Part shown: positions 50,567 to 54,757 of the stretch, piece after piece | Layout: the number at the start of each line of letters is the position of its first letter | How positions within the stretch are numbered: the first letter of the stretch is position 1 | NCBI GenBank assembly: GCA_964624165.1 | Contig: CAZUWG010000001.1 | Location: 41,296-96,052, forward strand | From: an uncultured Candidatus Saccharibacteria bacterium | Lineage (GTDB): Bacteria > Patescibacteriota > Minisyncoccia > Phycocordibacterales > UBA918 | DNA length: 54,757 nt | Reading direction: 5' to 3' | The notes under the pieces: generated by a model | Told to the model about the DNA's origin: nothing | Database searches by the model: none | The model's input: only the letters and a program-made list of their open reading frames with translations | Position numbers and translations under genes: made by a program

Positions 50567-51370
50567 ATGACTGTGGTTGATGCAATTATCTTAGGAATTG
50601 TCCAAGGAGCGACAGAGTTTCTTCCTGTGTCGTCGACTGGCCATTTAGTGTTGGCTCGTGAATTTTTAGGGATGACTGACGTGTATGGTCTGGCATTTGA
50701 TGCGGTCTTGCATCTTGCTACTGCGTTGACGGTGATTGTCTATTTTCGCAAAGACATTTGGCAGCTGTTGCAGACGGCATTTCGTGCTTTAGGGCGCATG
50801 CCCGTCAACCAAAAAGATATGTTATTGCTAAAGGCAATCTTGATAGGTATGTTGCCGGCTGGTGTGGTGGGTCTACTGCTAGAAGACCAGATTGCAGGAG
50901 TATTTCGCAGTCCCTTATTGATAGCAGGGGTGTTACTTTTTGGGTCATTAGTGTTTGCGATCGCCGAATATAGCGTCCTTCGCGTACCCCGCACTACCTT
51001 GACCGTAAAAAAAGGTATAGGCATAGGGATCTGGCAAGTGTTGGCACTGTTGCCAGGAATGTCACGCTCGGGTATCACCATCGCTGGTGGAATGCTTTTA
51101 GGTTTGTCTCGTTTTGAAGCAGCGCGCTTTACTTTTTTGTTGGCGTTGCCGCTTATTTTAGGTGCAGGGGGTAAAAAGCTTATTGATCTTATGGGAAGCG
51201 GCGAAGCAGTCGAATGGAAGCTTGTGGGCGTGGGAGCGGTAACTTCATTTTTAGTGGGTTTGGCGGCAGTACATTTTATGCTGTCGTTTGTGCGGCGATA
51301 TACGCTGTGGCCATTTATTTGGTATCGCGTCATTTTGGCGTTGGTAGTCTTGGGGGTATTCTCAATGTAA
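50567..51370 (+). CDS. uppP: undecaprenyl-diphosphate phosphatase
   Basis: GIVQGATEFLPVSSTGHL and PGMSRSGITIAGG signature blocks. Polytopic membrane protein. Confidence 0.93.
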   Translation: MTVVDAIILGIVQGATEFLPVSSTGHLVLAREFLGMTDVYGLAFDAVLHLATALTVIVYFRKDIWQLLQTAFRALGRMPVNQKDMLLLKAILIGMLPAGVVGLLLEDQIAGVFRSPLLIAGVLLFGSLVFAIAEYSVLRVPRTTLTVKKGIGIGIWQVLALLPGMSRSGITIAGGMLLGLSRFEAARFTFLLALPLILGAGGKKLIDLMGSGEAVEWKLVGVGAVTSFLVGLAAVHFMLSFVRRYTLWPFIWYRVILALVVLGVFSM

Positions 51371-51378
51371 CACAGAGG

Positions 51379-51419
51379 TAAAAATGCGCGCGTAGCCTTT
51401 GGCTACACGCGCATTTTTA
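51379..51419. terminator. bidirectional hairpin TAAAAATGCGCGCGTAGCC-ttt-GGCTACACGCGCATTTTTA
   Basis: 19-bp stem with one mismatch. Abuts the stop of 51420..52004. Confidence 0.65.
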
Positions 51420-52004
51420 TTAAAAAGGTAGTGAGTGGGTTAGTGCGTTATCTTCTTTTTCTGTCCAGGCACTTGTATCAATAGGGATTTCGCGCTTTCG
51501 ATACCCGTCTTTTATAAGTAGGTGTCCGTGTGCAAGAGCATATTCAAAAATTTCCTTCGTCACCTTCACATCTTGCTCGCAGTATTTGATAATGTCTTTA
51601 ATATTTCCTTCACGCCACCATCGCACGGCTTGAAGCCCGTCGGCACTTTTTTTGCTACCAAGAGTCGCTTTGGCTACAGCATCAAGACGCACTCGGCGTC
51701 CGTATGACGTTCTAATATCTTCGAGAATATCGATACTTTTAATTTGAAAAAGATCTCCAGGATAATATTTATTAAGGAGTGGCACATCGAAATGATTACT
51801 ATTGTAACCCACTAGAGCGTCGGCCTGTTCGATGATTGGCCATAGCGGCGAGAGGTCTTCGATAGTCGCCGTTGTGTACGTATCACTTTCGCTGTCGTAG
51901 AGTGTGGCAACCGAAATATCAAGATCAGTGACGTCGGTTGATTCTACTTCCTGGAAAGTATTTTGAGTTTCCAAGTCAAAAACAATATAGCGCATGTGCG
52001 CCAT
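51420..52004 (-). CDS. DEDD-family (DEDDy-like) 3'-5' exonuclease domain protein
   Basis: ExoI IVFDLETQN, ExoII GYNSNHFDVPLL, ExoIII YCEQDVKVT. Confidence 0.7.
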   Translation of the reverse strand: MAHMRYIVFDLETQNTFQEVESTDVTDLDISVATLYDSESDTYTTATIEDLSPLWPIIEQADALVGYNSNHFDVPLLNKYYPGDLFQIKSIDILEDIRTSYGRRVRLDAVAKATLGSKKSADGLQAVRWWREGNIKDIIKYCEQDVKVTKEIFEYALAHGHLLIKDGYRKREIPIDTSAWTEKEDNALTHSLPF

Positions 52005-52111
52005 TGTAACATAAGGAAACGCCTGCTCAGGTGGTGTAGAGGACGTCGATGTGAGCAGGTTGTACTCGAGATTTGGTACTGTATGTCGGATGAAGACAGT
52101 ACAGGGGCGCC

Positions 52112-53404
52112 TTACCTTTGCTCAATAATGGTATTGATGAGCGTCTCTAGTGGTCCGGTCCAAGATTCCTTACTTCCTAAATGTTTGAGAGTGTAGGTAG
52201 CTGTTTTAATTTCATCTTGGCCGACCACCAGCACGTACTCAATGAACTGGGCGTCAGCATGACTAATTTTCTTGCCGAGTTTCTTTTCACTGTAGTCGAC
52301 GGCGGTATCAATACCAGCAAGACGGCACTCTAATGCGAGTGAGTGCGCTTTCGTAATCACCTCATCATTTTGTGTCAAGATTGCTAGAGTTGGTGATTGA
52401 AAATCTGAAGTCAGCAGGTGGTGACTCTCCAGAAAATCACGCATAGTAACGTCGCCCATGCCAAAGCCGATACCGCTTAAGGGATCATTGGTAAAAAGCG
52501 CAGTGAGATTGTCGTAACGGCCGCCGCCCATCATGGCACGATTGTTGTCTTTGTGAAGATCGACGACTTCAAATACCATGCCAGTGTAATAATCAAAGCC
52601 CCTGATCACAGTAGGATTAAATCGAATCTGTACACCAAGCACCTCAAGGTTGCTGATGGTTTCAAAGAGCCGTTTGTAGGCAGGGGTGTTTTTAAGTAGA
52701 GAAGGGAGTGCGTCTAGAGTGTCTGCATCCAAAAAGGCAAGGAGGGCCGTTTCGTGTCCTTCTGCAGACTGAATGAGAGCAGATGTAAATGTTTTTTTAT
52801 CCATCTTATGCATATGGTCGGCGAGGCGAGTGATAGCCTGTCGTGCCGCTGGTGAAAGGGAAAGCTCGTCATAAAGTGCTTCAAGGAGCGCTCGGCTACT
52901 GACTTGTATCTCGTAATGAGTACCATTTTCCGCGCCGAAGTTTTTGAAGACTGTATCAGCCAATAAAAGTATTTCCATGTCAGCGGCGGCGCTATTGCTG
53001 CCAAAAATATCACAGTTGAGTTGCCAGTGTTCGCGCAAGCGACCACGCTGAGTGCGTTCGTAACGAAAGAGGTTGGGAATTGAAAACCAACGCACAGGAA
53101 AGGTGAGCTGCCGCTGCCTGGCGGCTACCATGCGAGCGACGGTCGGGGTCATTTCTGGTCTAAGGGTCACTTCCCGGTCGCCTCGATCAGTGAAAGTGTA
53201 CGTCTGTTCATTGACCATCTCTTCATTGACGGCACCCTTACTCCGATAGAGCTCGGCGGGTTCAAGAATAGATGCGTCATAACGCTCAAAACCAAACTGT
53301 TGTGCGGTGTGGCTCCAGGTATCAAAAATGTATTGCTGAATCGCCATATCTTCAGGATAGAAATCGCGAACACCTTTATACGGCTGGGTAGATAGTTTTT
53401 TCAT
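52112..53404 (-). CDS. hisS: histidine--tRNA ligase
   Basis: Class II motifs (GVRDFYPED, LRPEMTPTVARM, FRYERTQRGRLREHWQ, GGGRYDNL) and C-terminal anticodon-binding domain. Confidence 0.95.
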   Translation of the reverse strand: MKKLSTQPYKGVRDFYPEDMAIQQYIFDTWSHTAQQFGFERYDASILEPAELYRSKGAVNEEMVNEQTYTFTDRGDREVTLRPEMTPTVARMVAARQRQLTFPVRWFSIPNLFRYERTQRGRLREHWQLNCDIFGSNSAAADMEILLLADTVFKNFGAENGTHYEIQVSSRALLEALYDELSLSPAARQAITRLADHMHKMDKKTFTSALIQSAEGHETALLAFLDADTLDALPSLLKNTPAYKRLFETISNLEVLGVQIRFNPTVIRGFDYYTGMVFEVVDLHKDNNRAMMGGGRYDNLTALFTNDPLSGIGFGMGDVTMRDFLESHHLLTSDFQSPTLAILTQNDEVITKAHSLALECRLAGIDTAVDYSEKKLGKKISHADAQFIEYVLVVGQDEIKTATYTLKHLGSKESWTGPLETLINTIIEQR

Positions 53405-53410
53405 AAATTG

Positions 53411-53439
53411 ATTGTAAAGAAGCTTGAGACGCTTTGCAA
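53411..53439 (-). promoter_or_regulatory. hisS promoter TTGCAA-N17-TACAAT, -10 ends 6 nt before the ATG
   Basis: Read on the minus strand. Predicts a leaderless mRNA. Abuts the stop of the upstream gene. Confidence 0.45.
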
Positions 53440-53440
53440 G

Positions 53441-54013
53441 CTAAAGGCCTTGTTGTCTTAAATTTTTCTCGCGTGCCGGCACTTCGGTGGAGATATTGTC
53501 TGCAAAGTGGATAATCTTTGATTTAATTTCTCTGGGTCGGGGCATGTAGTTGCTGGTAAATTCTTCATTACTACCGCCGGCTGTCTGGGCCTCGATAGTA
53601 CCAAAATCGAGTAAGGTGGCAATAATACCATTAATCTCTATATTCATATCTTGCAGTCGCTCAAGCCGGAATGAGCTAATAAACCGCCGGAAAAAGCCTC
53701 GCTGATCCACTAGTATGATGCGTCGATTGGTAATCACCCATAGATCGAGATAGTAGTTTGTCCAGCTGTAAGCAAGCATCATCCAAGAGACCAGCATCCA
53801 AGTAGCAGCAAAAAAAAGTAGCAACGAGGAATACGTTTCGAGGTTGGGGAGCGTGACCACTCCCTGCGCGACTTTAAAGACGATTGAAAGGAGGAGTGGA
53901 GCTAAAAGTACGATGCCGGTTGCAAAAACGTCTTTCACTAACACAAACCAGTGCTTGCGGATGATTTCAACAATTTCCTCGTTTGGTTCGAGTTCAATTT
54001 TTTCAAAAATCAT
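53441..54013 (-). CDS. membrane protein with bacterial PH (YdbS/YdbT-like) domain
   Basis: Two TM helices followed by YYLDLWVITNRRIILVDQRGFFRR...IEAQTAGG. ATG 54013 overlaps the upstream stop (ATGA). Confidence 0.7.
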   Translation of the reverse strand: MIFEKIELEPNEEIVEIIRKHWFVLVKDVFATGIVLLAPLLLSIVFKVAQGVVTLPNLETYSSLLLFFAATWMLVSWMMLAYSWTNYYLDLWVITNRRIILVDQRGFFRRFISSFRLERLQDMNIEINGIIATLLDFGTIEAQTAGGSNEEFTSNYMPRPREIKSKIIHFADNISTEVPAREKNLRQQGL

Positions 54014-54234
54014 AAAAATGCAATGATACCCATGGTTGCTAAAAGTGGCGCGGCGCAAAGAAGATAAAGGGCAGTGGCGATCAGTGAGTGTCGAGTGTTG
54101 GTGCCGTACGATAGCCAGTGGTAAATAAGAAAGCTGCTGTAGATGGTAAAGATAATCAGAAATACGTAAAAAAAGAGCTGTAAGCCCGTGGTCATAAGGA
54201 GCTCTTGATTGAGCGAGAGAGTGCTCGTAGGCAT
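54010..54234 (-). CDS. small two-TM membrane protein (74 aa)
   Basis: Hydrophobic helices LQLFFYVFLIIFTIYSSFLIY and ATALYLLCAAPLLATMGIIAF. 4-nt overlap with the downstream PH-domain gene. Confidence 0.5.
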   Translation of the reverse strand: MPTSTLSLNQELLMTTGLQLFFYVFLIIFTIYSSFLIYHWLSYGTNTRHSLIATALYLLCAAPLLATMGIIAFL

Positions 54235-54238
54235 GTAA

Positions 54239-54757
54239 TTATTGTAGCACGAAGACAGTGTAGCGCTGAAGACCGTATTGGTCTTTTTGGGGAGTGACGA
54301 GGAAACCGTGTTGCTTAGCTTGAGTGTTTATGGCGCTGCTTTGTTCTGGTTCGTGCTCGAGCCAGAGCTGGCCCAGGGGCGCGAGCTTTGCTCGCGCCCC
54401 ACTGATAATGCTCTCAATAATTTCCATTCCGTTTTCGCCGCCATAGAGTGCGAGGTGAGGCTCGTGATTTTTTACCGAAGCTTCTGTACGATCCAAGGTC
54501 GGATCGATATAGGGAGGGTTCGTGAGAATAAAATCATATTTTATATCCGGGATATGTGTGAACAGGTCGCTTTTATATAAGTGATAGCGGTCTGGTGAAA
54601 TGTTGTTTTGACGACAGTTCTTTTCAATCGTTGGCAGGAGGCGCACGTCGATTTCTTCGAAAACGAAGTGCGCCACCTCAAAAAGCTTCGCCCACGCAAA
54701 CCCCAACACGCCCCAACCCGCCCAAAGGTCGAGTACAAACAGAGCGACCACAGCACC
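54239..54757 (-). CDS. prmC: release-factor glutamine N5-methyltransferase, 5'-partial (runs off the window)
   Basis: NPPY motif (ILTNPPYID), SAM-binding VLDL.AG.G, C-terminal HemK-like block (EPHLALYGGENG). Confidence 0.85.
   Translation of the reverse strand, partial: GAVVALFVLDLWAGWGVLGFAWAKLFEVAHFVFEEIDVRLLPTIEKNCRQNNISPDRYHLYKSDLFTHIPDIKYDFILTNPPYIDPTLDRTEASVKNHEPHLALYGGENGMEIIESIISGARAKLAPLGQLWLEHEPEQSSAINTQAKQHGFLVTPQKDQYGLQRYTVFVLQ

Noticed and set aside
1-54757. Long antisense ORFs inside real genes, e.g. 1760..2317, 5816..6400, 20424..20924, 25593..26279, 36628..37071, 43358..43657, 50740..51333
   Set aside because: Each lies opposite a CDS with strong family signatures and has low-complexity or shadow composition. 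The Phe-rich 43358..43657 ORF is simply the complement of the Lys repeat in rpoD.
1-54757. Alternative genetic code (UGA recoding), as in some candidate phyla
   Set aside because: TGA terminates well-defined genes (the pilin at 27849-27851 and the small ORF at 24641-24643). All conserved genes are uninterrupted under the standard code.
1-54757. Window as a circular element, because prfA (start) and prmC (end) are normally neighbours
   Set aside because: There is no terminal sequence overlap. The content is core chromosomal, and prmC is on the opposite strand and runs off the window.

Overview
Gene-dense 54.8-kb chromosomal window, mostly information-processing housekeeping genes: prfA, rpsB-tsf, tRNA-Thr, pheS-pheT, gyrB, thrS, dnaE, rnhB, rpmF, nusB (fused to a Nudix-like domain), rnc, a short SMC-like ATPase, rnr, rpsP-KH-trmD, rpoB-rpoC, dnaG-rpoD, a UvrD/PD-(D/E)XK helicase-nuclease, uppP, hisS and a partial prmC. 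Several features fit a reduced-genome, Gram-positive-type bacterium such as CPR/Patescibacteria, but this is inference only: domain-trimmed aaRSs, no rimM or rplS around trmD, mostly SD-less starts, long perfect hairpin terminators, and a sortase plus a type IV pilin. I saw no rRNA, CRISPR array, transposase or integrase. The standard genetic code fits, with TGA used as a stop. The only clearly accessory stretch is about 11.0-17.1 kb. It holds a membrane-anchored secreted protein, a sortase, a ~60% G+C (apparently foreign) secreted-protein gene behind a consensus promoter and two 20-bp hairpins, a 727-aa modular surface protein ending in VPYTG + TM + basic tail, and a downstream ORF overlapping it across an A7 tract. 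The strongest leads are: (1) that sortase/surface-protein locus with its possible -1 frameshift or phase-variable junction; (2) the compositional island inserted in it; (3) a well-formed Thr T-box leader on thrS that the ORF track hides as a false N-terminal extension; (4) a 730-bp rnhB-rpmF gap with two SD-preceded small ORFs; (5) unusual core proteins, namely the NusB-Nudix fusion, DnaG without zinc ligands, RpoD with a lysine-rich tail and a hinge-less SMC; (6) consensus promoters positioned for leaderless mRNAs. All coordinates and motif calls were made by eye, with no database search.
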